A DNA stretch of 63,706 nt, filler included, from Neolecta irregularis DAH-3 (lineage: Eukaryota): assembly GCA_001929475.1 (NCBI GenBank). It is 10 parts of 10 records of this genome, joined end to end, with 100 filler letters (N's around TTAATTAATTAA, not from the genome) between each part and the next. Parts side by side here need not be neighbours in the genome. Positions count along the whole stretch, not along the records: positions 33,491 to 39,607 come from LXFE01002552.1; positions 39,708 to 50,023 come from LXFE01002558.1; 8 more parts are not named here. The stretch is one strand, 5' to 3'. This document shows, piece by piece, positions 37,079-49,263 of this stretch. The number at the start of each line of letters is the position of its first letter. The stretch's first letter is position 1. Position numbers and translations under genes: made by a program. The notes beneath the pieces are model-generated. The model was not told the origin of the DNA, made no database searches, and was given only the letters and a program-made list of their open reading frames with translations.

Positions 37079-38344
37079 ATGAAGTTCTACGCCCCTATTG
37101 CAACATTTCTGCCAATCGCCTTTGCTGAAATCATGGGCTTCAATGTTGGGCAGCAGAAGCCTGATGGCACCTGTAAATCTGCAGACGACTATGCAGCGGA
37201 TTTCAATAGGATATATGGACCGGACAAGGTATAGCCGACACTCTTCCTCCATATCTATAGTTTTAAATGAATCATTCTACTTCGAACTCTTCGATTCGTA
37301 GAGGTTCCGAAGACTTATATTTAGTCTATATCCAGTATGGTTCTACTCGTAGGCTTCATCCGTTACAAAATATCACTATTCTTGCATAAACCTATGTCTT
37401 TTACTTCGTTTTATTTTATTATCCTTCTCCTTTCTCCTAGTTTTAACTGTCAAGGTCTTCAAAATCTTTTCTCCAACAGATTCTTGTGGCCAAAATTCCT
37501 TATTTCCGCTCCTCGATGCAGCAAAGCAAGCCGATGGAAAGGTTTTAGTAGGGCTATGGGCAGTTGGATCCGGTTTCGATGCTGAAAAAAGGGCACTGTG
37601 GGATGCAGTGCAGGTATTTGGTGGAGAGAGAATTGTCGGCGTTGTCGTCGGTTCAGAATCTCTTTACCGAAGTCAGTTCCAGGGCACAAATGAAATCACA
37701 CCCCAAGAGCTTGCGGTAAGTGTTTTTGATCTTTTAAACTTAAATTGTAGAATAGGATTTACGATGTCAAAGGTATGATCCAAGGTGATAAGTCTTCTGG
37801 AGGTCTCGGATTACCGCATATACCTGTCGGTACCGCCGATACTGTATTTTCCCTCTGTTATTTACGAGCTCATAAATTGTAGTGGAACGCTCTCGTCGAC
37901 GGTCGCAATACCGTAGTTCTTCAAGCACTCAATACAGTTTGGGTAAACGCTTTCCCATGTATGCTTTCATGGACTGCAACTGATTCTAATTCAATAGACT
38001 GGCAAGGGTATGCCATTGAAAACGGACCACAAGCCCTCTTTGACGCGATAAATAGCGTCAAAAGTGCCTTATCGGCACCCAATCCATCTGCTAGCATTGC
38101 TGTGGGAGAAACTGGTTGGCCAACTGAAGGTAAACCGTTTGGTTCCAGTGTTCCCAGTCTAGAAAATTCCCGTGCATTTTGGGTCAATGCCTTTTGTAAG
38201 CTTCGTGGGATGGGGATGGATGCATATTGGTTTGAGGCTTTTGATGAACCACAAAAGACCGATACTACTCACAATACCGGAGTGGAGAAGTATTGGGGAG
38301 TCTATGATTCCAATCGTCAAACCAAATTTGATATATCCTGTTGA
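37079..38344 (+). CDS. GH17 beta-1,3-glucanase/glucanosyltransferase (Bgl2-like), copy 2
   Basis: Same exon layout as copy 1; VGSESLYR, GETGWPT, FEAFDEP, EKYWGVYD. Confidence 0.9.
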
Positions 38345-39162
38345 ACTTTGGGGTTGGTAACGAAGGTACGCGCATAAAAATGAAAAAAATATGAACGTTT
38401 AATGTTTGCCTCTATTTGCTCATGGCGTATTGTAGGTCAAGTATCCGCCGCTTTGTGCCTTTTCACCACACAACACACTTGTGGTAAAAAAATGATCTAG
38501 GGTGCGTTTGGTGCGCGCCAAATTTCATGAAATTTGCCAATTCGTCAAATTCAAATTATAACTAATCCCTCTCTCGCTATATATATATCTACTCAAACAC
38601 CCTTAAATAGTGTGGTTGTCGCATGCTGAGTGTAGGGGAAGAGTATTCGATGATTGATTAGATAAAACGAGAATAAGGGTTCTTAGGTTCTTTGCTTGGA
38701 TGGATAGAGCATTATCAGCCGAGTCTTACATTAGGCAGAAACAGCCACTGCGACAACGGCCATGACAAGCACAGACCAAGAAAGGGAAGCCAAATATCGA
38801 CCAAGATATTGCGTGTCATTTTAGTGCCAGGTGCTAATCCCCCCCTCCCACTCTTAAAATAATAGAAAGCATCTGGCATTATCTTTATATACTTACTGAT
38901 AAAATCATGAGATAGGGTTATGCCTATATGTCTGTCTTATTGTTCAGTCTCTTAATTAATAAGTTATCTACTAATGCCATACTTTCTCCTTTCATTGTAA
39001 AAGACTGATACAAGTTTTATAAATGACCACTCTAAAAATCAATGACATCATAAACCAACAGTTTATAGGACTCAGTAGGTAATGCTCTATATCTATCCAA
39101 GCCAAGAATCTAGTAATTGCTTGTTCATCCAAGTCTAGTAAGAATTCTTGAAACTTCATAAC

Positions 39163-39502
39163 ATGCAGTTCAGCAGTTTTGTGGAGATAGAATTGTTAGT
39201 ACGGAAATTCTGTACCGAAGTCAGTTCCAGGGCACGAATCAAATGAAAGCCAAAAGCCCGCTGTAAGTGTTTCTGATCTTTGAAGTTTAAGTTGTAGTCA
39301 TTCGCAATGTCAAAAGAATGGTCCAGGGTAATAAGTCTTCTGTAGGGCTGGTTATTGGATATTGCTGTCGGTACCTCGGATACTGTGCTTTCCCTCTGGT
39401 ATTGACCAACTCATGAAACGGAGTGGAACGCTCTCGTTGACCGTCACAATACCATAGTTCTTCGAGCAGCCACTAATATTTGGGTAAACGATATCCCATG
39501 CA
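39163..39502 (+). pseudogene. Degenerate internal fragment of a third GH17 copy
   Basis: Collinear with 37603-37960 including intron sequences; indels, no start or end. Confidence 0.8.
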
Positions 39503-39707
39503 CGTTGTCGACGAAATACCTCTTGGGTGTTTCGCTGAACTAGGTTATGTGAAGTTAACCAAACTTACTGAACCTGGTATGTTTTTTGCAGAACTCAAAT
39601 TTCCTAANNNNNNNNNNNNNNNNNNNNNNNNNNNNNNNNNNNNNNNNNNNNTTAATTAATTAANNNNNNNNNNNNNNNNNNNNNNNNNNNNNNNNNNNNN
39701 NNNNNNN

Positions 39708-41374
39708 AGCCTCCAGCCGTTCTCCCCCTGCCCCCTCCCCGCTGACCCCCAGAAGCCCCACAGACTCCCAGCTCTACCTCGTAAACCCCCACTACAGAGA
39801 CTCCCCGGAATATCCCCCCCTCCACCTCCTCAGCTTCAAAGACGCAAAATGGTCAATCCTCGAAAAGTTCAGTCGCATCACCCAGCTCGGCGCCCGCGCC
39901 GCCCACTCCCTCCTCCAGCATCCCGTCGCAAAAACACACCTCTTGCCACACCTCCCCGAATCCCTCCAGCGAAGCCCAGAAGTTCGCAAGGTTGCTGATG
40001 AATTCGATCTCGCCCGCGTCTATCTAGCAAAATGGGCTCAGAAAATCGCAGAGGATGCGCAGGCTGACCAGCGCAAATATAAAAGCACAAGCCTCGAAGT
40101 CGCACAAGTCGGCGTCTTTGAAGTTTTAGATGTATCCCCCGTGTCTTTTTAACTAATCCCAGATCGACAACCTTGATATCGTGTCTCGCAGAGATCCTCT
40201 GTCGCCCCAGGAATGGGCCGCTTGTTTCGATTCATCAGGCCGCTTGTCCATCACCGTCGACGAAGTAAAGGAAAAAATATTCCATGGGGTGCGTCTTGAT
40301 TGTTTCCCTGCTTACTCAGGGCGTCCATCCAGATATTCGCAATCAAGTCTGGTTGTTTTTGTTGCACGTTGTTCCGTGGTCTAGCTCCTCCATCGAACGG
40401 TCCTCAATTCTCTCCGCAAAACGCGATGAATATATCAGGTATGCCGCTGCAAAACCCTGTTGAATGGCAGGTACAAAGCCCGCTGGTACGAAACTCCGCC
40501 CCTCGAAGAAGAGCGCTTCAGAATAGAAAAAGATGTGCATCGAACAGACCGCTCCCATCCCCTTTTCGCACCAGACGATATCCCGGTCCCCCAGTCGTCG
40601 CCCTTTGTAGGCACAAACCTGCACCTTGAAATGCTCAAAGATCTCTTATCAACATACAACGAATACAATCCTTCACTGCAAGGCTACGTCCAAGGAATGT
40701 CAGACATCCTTTCACCCATATATATCGTCATGCAAGACGACAACCTCGCCTTTTGGTGTTTTACAGGGTTCATGAACCGCCTCGAACGCAACTTTAGAAA
40801 CGACCAAACCGGAATGAAAAACCAGTTATCCACCTTTTGCGATCTAGTCCGCTTTGTCGAACCAAGACTGTACAACCACCTCGAATCACTCGACTCCTTG
40901 AACTTTTTCTTCTTCTTCAGAATGCTGTTGATTTGGTATAAGCGCGAATTCAAATTAGACGAGATATTTCGTCTGTGGGAGGTATTCCCCACCCTGTTTT
41001 CCCAGCTAATTTAGATCCTCTGGACAGATTACCTGTCTAGCCAATTTCACATCTTTTTCGCCATGGCGATATTAGAAAGACATCGCGATACGATAATTGA
41101 GAATCTGCGCGGATTCGATCAAGTTTTGAAATACAGAAAGTATCCTGCATGCCCCCCCTTGTTAATATTAGTGAACGATTTGGCCGGGTGCATTGATCTC
41201 GAGACTACCCTGATTGACGCCGAACGGTTATATCGCAGGTTTCAAACTAGTATCGACGAAATTGATCGGCGGCGGAAAAATGTAGAGGAGCAGGGTGGTG
41301 ATACCCAGGATTTGGTCGTTAGTTTACAGTTGAGAGGACTTTTGAGAAGAGATTGGTGGTGGAAAGATGTATAA
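39708..41374 (+). CDS. GYP7: Rab GTPase-activating protein Gyp7 (TBC domain), 5' end in gap
   Basis: EFDLARVYLAKWA, IFHGG, IEKDVHRTDR (Arg finger), GYVQGMSD (Gln finger), FFFFRMLLIWYKREF. Confidence 0.93.
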
Positions 41375-41413
41375 CGTTTCATTGGTTTATATCGAGTTTG
41401 CAATGACTATCTT

Positions 41414-41488
41414 CAATACTGCAATACTGCAATACTGCAATACTGCAATACTGCAATACTGCAATACTGCAATACTGCAATACTGCAA
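41414..41488. repeat. (CAATACTG)n octamer microsatellite, about 9 copies
   Basis: Directly visible; bracketed by two copies of tgcaatgactatcttcaatact. Confidence 0.95.
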
Positions 41489-42516
41489 TGACTATCTTCA
41501 ATACTTATGCAATATTTATCTAAACTATCCCTGTAACGCTGTTGCACGCAGGTAGCTGGATGTGCGGTTATAAGAGATTGAGATTGTTGCTTGGTGAGCG
41601 CGATTGTATCGGCGTTCAATCTCAAGCCATCAAGATTGGAACGGAAATACGTTAATACAATTGGCTAGCTACGAACAGGAAAGAGCAAGCGGCTGGTATC
41701 AACCGGAAAGAGTACAAAGAGGAAGGAGAAAAGACGAAGAGAACCACCACAGAGCGGTCAGCCTGCCAGAAATGTACCAGCCTCCCTGGAACAGGAAGTA
41801 ATTTAGTAGACACAGAATTGTAAGTGAGAAACGCTGGAAGCGGGCAAATTGCGCAGCATGCCAGCCCCCTCGGAATAGGTAATTCAGGAGAGGATAATCG
41901 GAAAAGGAGGGGTACGCCTGTATCTTCTGGCCGGCCAGATCAGGTAGGTTGGCGATTAGTGAAGTTGAAAAGGAGGGCGAGTGGTTGGTAGATCAATACT
42001 TTATCTTGCAATGACTATCTGTAATGCTTATCTTGCAATGACTATCTTGCAGAGACCGTAACGCAGACCCGGCAGGAACCCGAACGCAGACCCGGCAGGA
42101 ACCGAACGCAGACTATGCAGGAGCCCAATTTCCATCTTGGTTGGTACCTCATTCCAACGGATACCCACTTTCAAATAAAAATTGCTTCTATGCTTTCAAT
42201 GACTATCTTGAAGGCTAAACAATGATAACGGTATCTGATAAAATTACCCTGGCGTGAAAATCTATTTTAGCGTCGTTTGATCGCCGATTGCGGTTGTCTG
42301 AATCCGGGAACTTGAAAACGCGCCCACGTGAAGATTTCCCCTCGCGTTATCCATCCGGAAATGCCCCGCCACCCAAAAGACCATAAGAATAGAATGGCTC
42401 CACTGTTTCCTGCTTTTCCGTTATTACCACTCACCTCTGTTCGCTCTCGTTTTCAGCTAACCTACAGCAGCAACCATCGCCTAGTTGATCTAGTACCACA
42501 ATAGAGCAGCGCTCTC

Positions 42517-44141
42517 ATGGTCACCCTCATTGATATCCTCATTCTTTTTTTCATCATCCATGCTGATGCATTCACTCTTTCTGCAAAAAACAACGTCGCC
42601 GTCTACTGGGGACAGAATTCTGCTGGCAATCAGGTATATCTCTGCTTCTTGATTACAATTCAAACGACTAGCAATCATTAGGCTACTACTGTAAAGATGA
42701 TACCGTCGATATCATCATCCTCTCTTTTCTTACCACCTTTGGGAAGGGACAGCCCCTTGTTGTCAACTTTGCAAACGCATGCGAGGGAAGCTATCTTAGC
42801 GGCTACCCATCTCTGCTATCTTGTCCTGCAATTGGGTAATTACACCTCTGGGCCAACTTGACATCAACTAGGGCAGATATCAAGGCTTGTCAAGCTGCCG
42901 GCAAGCTGATTATTCTATCGCTCGGCGGTGCAACAGGATCTTATGGTTTCTCAGATGATGCAGATGCAAAAGCCGTCGCCTCGAATCTACACAACCTATT
43001 CGGAAAGGGAAGTTCACCAAACAAGGTATTTGGAAGTGCCAGTGTCGACGGGTTTGACATGGGTATGCAGTTGATAAACCTTTTGCTGATCAAAGATATT
43101 GAAAGCGGAGGTTCCAACGGTTACGCCGCACTTATCAATACTCTGCGTTCTCTCGATTCCTCTTATATCATCACCGGTGCTCCACAATGCCCAAAACCTG
43201 ACGCGAATCTTGATGTCTCGATGCAGTCATCCCATTACGATATACTCTTTGTGCAATTCTATAACAACTATTGCGGAGTATCGGGAACAAATTTTAATTA
43301 TGGCGACTGGGAGTCGTACGGTGAGCAGCACGGGACCAAAATCTACGTCGGCCTTGCTTCTTCGGCTAGCGCTGCGAATTCCGGATCATACGTTGATGCA
43401 GCTGGGTTAACCAGAATCATCGACAATGTCAAGGGTCAAAATGCGTTTGGAGGCATCATGCTCTGGGACGCCAGTCAAGCTTGGGCAAATAATCTCTTTC
43501 AAAAACAGATCAAGACAATAATAGGCCTCAATCCTGTTACCCCCGGCTCTGGACTCAATCCTGTTACTCCCGGCTCTGGACTCAATCCTGTTACTCCCCC
43601 CTCTGGCCTCAATCCCGCCACTCCAATTCACTCTATCGATACCGACGCCAACTCGAACTCGACTCCCAGTGCTGATACCGCCACTATCTCGCCGGTTATT
43701 CCAAGTGCCACCATCACTGATGCAAGCCCCCAGAATCAAATTGCTCAAACTACGACGATAAGGAAAACTGCTACAGTTTACATGACACGATCTCTAGTCT
43801 CCGGAGCCGTGCTCGTTCCAACACCCTCTATCAGAAACAAAAATATCGCCCCTCTCGACATCGCGCGTACAAATTTTGCGATTTCCACATCCACAATCCT
43901 CGTTTACCCTTCTGCTACTACCACCGTGATAAATTCGTCTTGTCAAGACAACGCGTTCATCTGCAAGGGCTCACAAATCGGACATTGTGATCATGGGGTC
44001 TGGCTCTACACCACATGTCCAGGAACCGGTATCTGTCTCGAGGGAAGTTTTGTTTGCAGCGCACCTGCAAAACTCCGCAAAAGAAGCTCTTTTAAACATG
44101 CTGGTCGGTGGAGTAGGAAGTCAAGGCGAGTTCTCTTGTGA
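42517..44141 (+). CDS. CTS1: GH18 class III chitinase with S/T-rich linker and C-terminal CBM19-like domain
   Basis: Signal peptide, AVYWGQN, ILSLGGATG, DGFDM-DIE catalytic motif, GAPQCP, VQFYNN, GGIMLWD; tail C..HCDHGVW...CPGTGIC. Confidence 0.92.
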
Positions 44142-45507
44142 TTTGCACTCTTATACTGGTCCCTTTTTCTTGGTATATGTAGCGTTTAGATGAGAATGTA
44201 ACGATTTATTATCCAGTGACATGACTTCTGCATTTGAACTGCACTAAAAGGAGCAAGCCAGACTCGAGATTGATCAATGAATTTAGTGTTAATGGATGGT
44301 GAGCCAGGCGGGTCAACAGATCAGAGGATTCTCATCAAATCTACCCCACCACTCTCCCTCCCTATCAACTTCACTAATCGCCATCACCCTCCCTAATCTG
44401 GCTGGAGATACTGGCGTATCCCCTTCTTTTTCGATCCTCTCCCGAATTACCTATTTCGAGGTGGTTGTCTTCTATTTTCGTTATTTCTCTTTCTGCTTTG
44501 TACTCTTTCCGCTAATATGAAGGGCCCCTGTTTTCTGTTCATAGCTAGCCAATTGTATTAATCTATTTCCGTTTCAAGTCTTGGCGGCCCAAGAGATTGA
44601 TCGCCTATACAATCGCGCTCACCAAGCAACAATCAATAATCTATAATCCTATAAACCTCCGACACCCACCGACATCCTGCGTGCAACACGCTGAAGCAAT
44701 TGAAAATGATGATCTTGGGATACTTGAGAAAAGATGCTCATACTGACACTAGGCATTTATGGTAGAGATTACTTATTCATCTCATCTACTTTATTATAAG
44801 AGGTAGGCCCACATTTCAAAAATTTCTCAATCTTTCGTTCCTGGTGAGTGTTAACCTGCCATCATCTCACTCCAATCTTGATAATTATCGGCATCAGTAT
44901 CAGTGACTGTTCATCATCACTGGCCGTTGGTATGAACAAGTCTTCAGTGGGACTTGATCATGACCCCGATACCATGATTTCAGCGATGTGGGACTGATCA
45001 TGCCCTCGATACCATCATTCCTCCAACGGTTCAGGACTCACTGACGTCAACATGGACCAAGCAGCCTGACGGCGGCAAGCAGCACCACCAAGCCAGAACT
45101 GTAACAAGCTTTGCCACCCGAGACGAATGCAGGGAGGCAAACAGAAAGTGGGGCGCAGGTGCCAGTCTTCTATAAGTAGGGTCTAAGAATATACATAGTT
45201 GCCCTTATCCACTGAATCGCGACGATTTATCTCAGGTGAAGCTTCAGAGCGGTAAGTCCGGACACCTAACGCTCACAAGATAGTGTGGGGACTACCAAGG
45301 CCTACAGCACCCATATGGCAGTACAGGCTTGATTAGGCCTGTCAGCAGAGGAGGGTGGCGCTCACCCAAGGGAAAGTGGGTGGGTAGGATGAGCAAAGCA
45401 ACCCAGATCCGGAGGAGAGCACTTGGACGGGTATTTAGGTAGGGCCTGGCGCGACTAGCCACCAGGCTTAATCATATTACCAGTTGTTACTACCATATAC
45501 GACTACT

Positions 45508-45615
45508 CAGCAGACATACAAGATTAAGGCTCACCCGAGTAACCAGCAGACATACCAGATTAAGGCTCACCCGAGTAACCAGCAGACATACCAGATTAAG
45601 GCTCACCCGAGTAAC
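45508..45615 (+). repeat. 3 x 36-bp tandem repeat in retroelement leader
   Basis: cagcagacatac(a/c)agattaaggctcacccgagtaac at 45508, 45544, 45580. Confidence 0.95.
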
Positions 45616-45700
45616 AGGCAAAGCTAGCTTGATACTCGAAATTCTTTTTTAAAAAACAACTATCGAATACTACGAAAACACTGAAACACCGAAAGTAAAC

Positions 45701-46648
45701 ATGACACGACGACCAGAAAAAAGAACAGAAGCAGGTGGTGACCTGCAGAAGATTTCAGACCGAATACAGTCGGTGGAGATCACAGACAGACAGCAGACCA
45801 CGGAATATGGTGCAGAACCAAAACGACATGAAATCAGGGTACAGCACAGGGAACAGGAACCAACACAGTCAGCCATCCATGGAACAGAACTTGAGATAAC
45901 AGGCAGACTCGATCACGGGGAGAGAAACAGACAGGCAGTACCCCGGAATCAGGAACACAGACACTCCACTGAGCAAGTATTGCCAAGCCCACACCCTCAG
46001 AGAAGAATATTCCCCCACTTACCAATGCCCAAAATGTTTACCGGGCGAGGGGACCCAATCGCGTTGATCATATGGTTTAGCGACTTGGATGACTATTTTA
46101 TATTAACACAGTTCGACAGATCTAAGGGACGAGACCTTCTGTTTGCAGGGCTTCTCCTGCAAGGAGGCCCTAAGAGCTGGTGGAATTCGCGAAGGTGTCA
46201 TATCCTCACATGGGACCAATTTACAACCGAACTGATGCATGAATATATCCCACCCAAAGCACAATTGCTGGATGAGTGGAATCACCTTCATCAAGGAAGA
46301 CGAGAATTGTCAGCGTTTGTAAGAGACTTGCGGAGATATCAATTATTATTGCCAAAAATTAACGACTTCGCTGCAGAAATAAAACTCTGGGATGGAATGA
46401 ACCCTACAGTTCGAGCTCAAGCACAACTAGCGATACCCGATAATGCAACATTCACGCAAATTGTAAGAATGGCTGTGGAATTCGATTATCTACTCAGACT
46501 GAGAAAAACTCAGGCCTTGAGCAAACGCCAAGAGGCAAGTAGGGAATCACACCGATTCTCTGAGCCTGGTCAAGCAAGTGGATCAGGAGTACAGAGAAGA
46601 ATACGCAGCGGAAGCAATCGAGCATACAGGCTCCAGCAGGAAGGCTAA
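45701..46648 (+). CDS. Retrotransposon Gag (capsid) protein
   Basis: PKMFTG...W...DYF...LLQGGPKSWW...TWDQFTTEL...LHQG..ELSAFVRD...GMNP pattern of Ty3/gypsy gag. Confidence 0.85.
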   Translation: MTRRPEKRTEAGGDLQKISDRIQSVEITDRQQTTEYGAEPKRHEIRVQHREQEPTQSAIHGTELEITGRLDHGERNRQAVPRNQEHRHSTEQVLPSPHPQRRIFPHLPMPKMFTGRGDPIALIIWFSDLDDYFILTQFDRSKGRDLLFAGLLLQGGPKSWWNSRRCHILTWDQFTTELMHEYIPPKAQLLDEWNHLHQGRRELSAFVRDLRRYQLLLPKINDFAAEIKLWDGMNPTVRAQAQLAIPDNATFTQIVRMAVEFDYLLRLRKTQALSKRQEASRESHRFSEPGQASGSGVQRRIRSGSNRAYRLQQEG

Positions 46649-47336
46649 GGTCCAGAAAATAGTGGAACAAGCTAGAAATATATTCTGTCCTCATTATAAC
46701 GTGAGCCTCACATCTTACATGCCTTGTATGACAGCAACTGAATATGCATGTGTTCTGATTGAGTCAAGTCTTGTAAACCGACTTGGTGACTGTATTGGAT
46801 TTGCTTATTTTGCCCGCTAGAGCAGAGGAAGACAAGATGATATATCTGGCAATACCCGGGATATATCCTTACAGTAACCCTGTTTACTCGTAGTAGAAAG
46901 GTCACCACTAGGCTTGGATGATGCAATATGAACCTGTCTATATTAGGCTCGTACCTGAGTACCGTTAATAGAGCGGTACCTATTTATCGATATAATACAT
47001 GCTCTCCTGAATGAGACCTATTCCGTGGTTCATCTTGCCCTTATCTCCTTATGTCCTTGGTATGTTCCTTCCTATACGTTAGCGCATTATGTGATGAGAG
47101 GGTAATGGGTGGCAAGCCCCGGGGCTTATAGAGTGTCAGATTGTTGTGAAATTATTCAGTATTATAAGCGGCATCTCGTTTATAGTTTCCTAGGATGATT
47201 CTATTGTTGGTGTTTTCAGACGAGCAGAGTCATGTCCTGAGAACAGTTCAAAGTTATGCAATGAGATTGAATGTTTCTCTTCATACACTGTCATGCGGAG
47301 ATGAATCGAGTCCCCAGTTTCTCTTACACATATTTA

Positions 47337-48016
47337 TTAGGAACTACGAATGAGTCCCTTTGTCTCGAGATATGTTATGATTATCCTAACGCACTCCTCG
47401 ACATTCTTCTCGCCAGTTTTGATTGTGATTTCGGGGTTCGAAGGTGGTTCATATGGGGCTGTGATACCAGTGAAGTCTTGCTTTTAGTCATGAACCCTGA
47501 ATATACAGTACCCTTTATTTCTCCCGCTCTTGCTTTTTGATATAACCCTTTTGGGTCACGCTGTTCCACAATTTCAAGGGGCGCATCTACGAAGACCTAG
47601 AATCTTAAAACTAGCGTACGCAGAAATATTGCCTCAACGAACTTTAATCCCCATTCCGCATGTATATTTCTGGCAAGTTGGCGATCTTTTTCATAAGGAC
47701 TAATAAAGCTGGTTAACACGATTTGTCCGCTATCCGCCATCAGCCGGCTGACATGGCCTATTCGTCTAATATTTTCTTCTCGGTCATGTTCAGAGAAACC
47801 GAGGTCAGAATTTAACCCAAATCGAATGTTATCGCCATCTAATCTGTATGAAGGAATATGAGAATGAAGAAGTGTTGATTCTAGAGCCACTGCAATCGTT
47901 GATTTACCACTAGCAGAAAGCCCTGTCAACCAAATCGTTAAACCGGTGTTATTGAGAAGAGAAAATCGATCTTCGCGGGAGAGATGGGAAGGATGGAATG
48001 TGATGTGGGTGGGCAT
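47337..48016 (-). CDS. MET14: Adenylylsulfate (APS) kinase
   Basis: [15 protein letters not shown]-loop, [38 protein letters not shown]. Confidence 0.96.
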
Positions 48017-49263
48017 TTGACGAGATAAGAAAGGAACCAGGGACCTGAATTTCTGAATCCAAAAGTATTTTTGTAAAAGTCTCCCGACACCATCATTAAT
48101 TATGTACCTTCAAGAAAGGTTGTCACACGAAATTCCACAACTAGGACTTTACTCCAATACAGAATATTTTGTGAGTAGTGTGAATAGGCCGGCGGGTATT
48201 CATTAGCCTCTGCGTCGGGTAGACATTTCCACTTTCCTTCCTGCTTGCTCTTTCGTGGCCTGAATCGTCCCCATCCCCTCATGGTTGGTTGTTGTCTGAT
48301 TTCCCCCTTCGATGCTGCCGACACAGTTGAGGCTGAACGATAATTTCCGAGGGAGCGGATGAGAAAATACAATCTGACCCAGATATATCTTCGTTGGTGC
48401 TAGAATGCCTACTCTTTCTAAACAAGCTTGAGGAGATATGACCAGTGTGTCCAACCGCCCACCCACCGAAGAGGTCTTTTCTCGCCTAAGGCTGCCTCCT
48501 GTTTCTTGTATTTATTTCGTTCCTTTAATCCTTCTGAAACCGCTTCATGTTGAACATCTTGTTTTTCTTTATTTTCCGAGTATTCTGCGCTTTGTCAAGT
48601 TAAACATGACCTTGTAATTCCGATGGAATGGTATAGAATCGAGAATGTGCTCTAATAAACTGTGAAATTCGAAGCGGATACATCATGTATTTAATGTGGT
48701 TGGGTTGGTGGATGACTTGATTTCTTACTACTTCAAGTAAAGGTACTTGCATAATATTGATGTAATCTGAACTGATTTCTCTCAGGAATTAAATCTTCCA
48801 TGGGTCTGTGAGGTTTGGGTGGTTCTTTATATGCACCAAAACGTCAAACCTTAGCAATGAAATCCAATCATCAAGGACCTGCTTTGGGCACGCTTTTCTA
48901 AATCTTGCCCTTCATATAGGGAATTACCAAAGCCTCACTTCAAGCTTCACCTCGAGACGAACTCAGAAAAGACCTTGAAAAGAACTGGAGATATTATCTG
49001 TTCAGAATAATCCTGAAGTACAGAACAGAGGGAAATTAGACATTTAAGAGATCCATTAAATATCCTCCACAAGATCGGGTGCATCATTTCCGTGCCATAA
49101 ACCCTAAAAATGAGACCTGATAAGAAATTGTTAGGCATGAAACATGGCTGTTCGCATTGAGAGGTGCTTGGATTGAGGGTTTGTGTCGTACATGAAGAGT
49201 TGAAGTCCTTCAAATTTCAGGGTTCGAGATCAAAAACTGTGCTCAAGATACTGCTTTGATCAA

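Larger units (their letters stand above)
45100..46648 (+). mobile_element. Truncated Ty3/gypsy-like retrotransposon: probable 5' LTR (about 45100-45491), leader with tandem repeats, gag
   Basis: TGTAAC...TGTTAC bracket upstream of a gag ORF; no pol follows. Confidence 0.65.

Noticed and set aside
45508-45615. 36-bp repeats as a CRISPR array
   Set aside because: Head-to-tail with no spacers, eukaryotic context, inside a retroelement leader.
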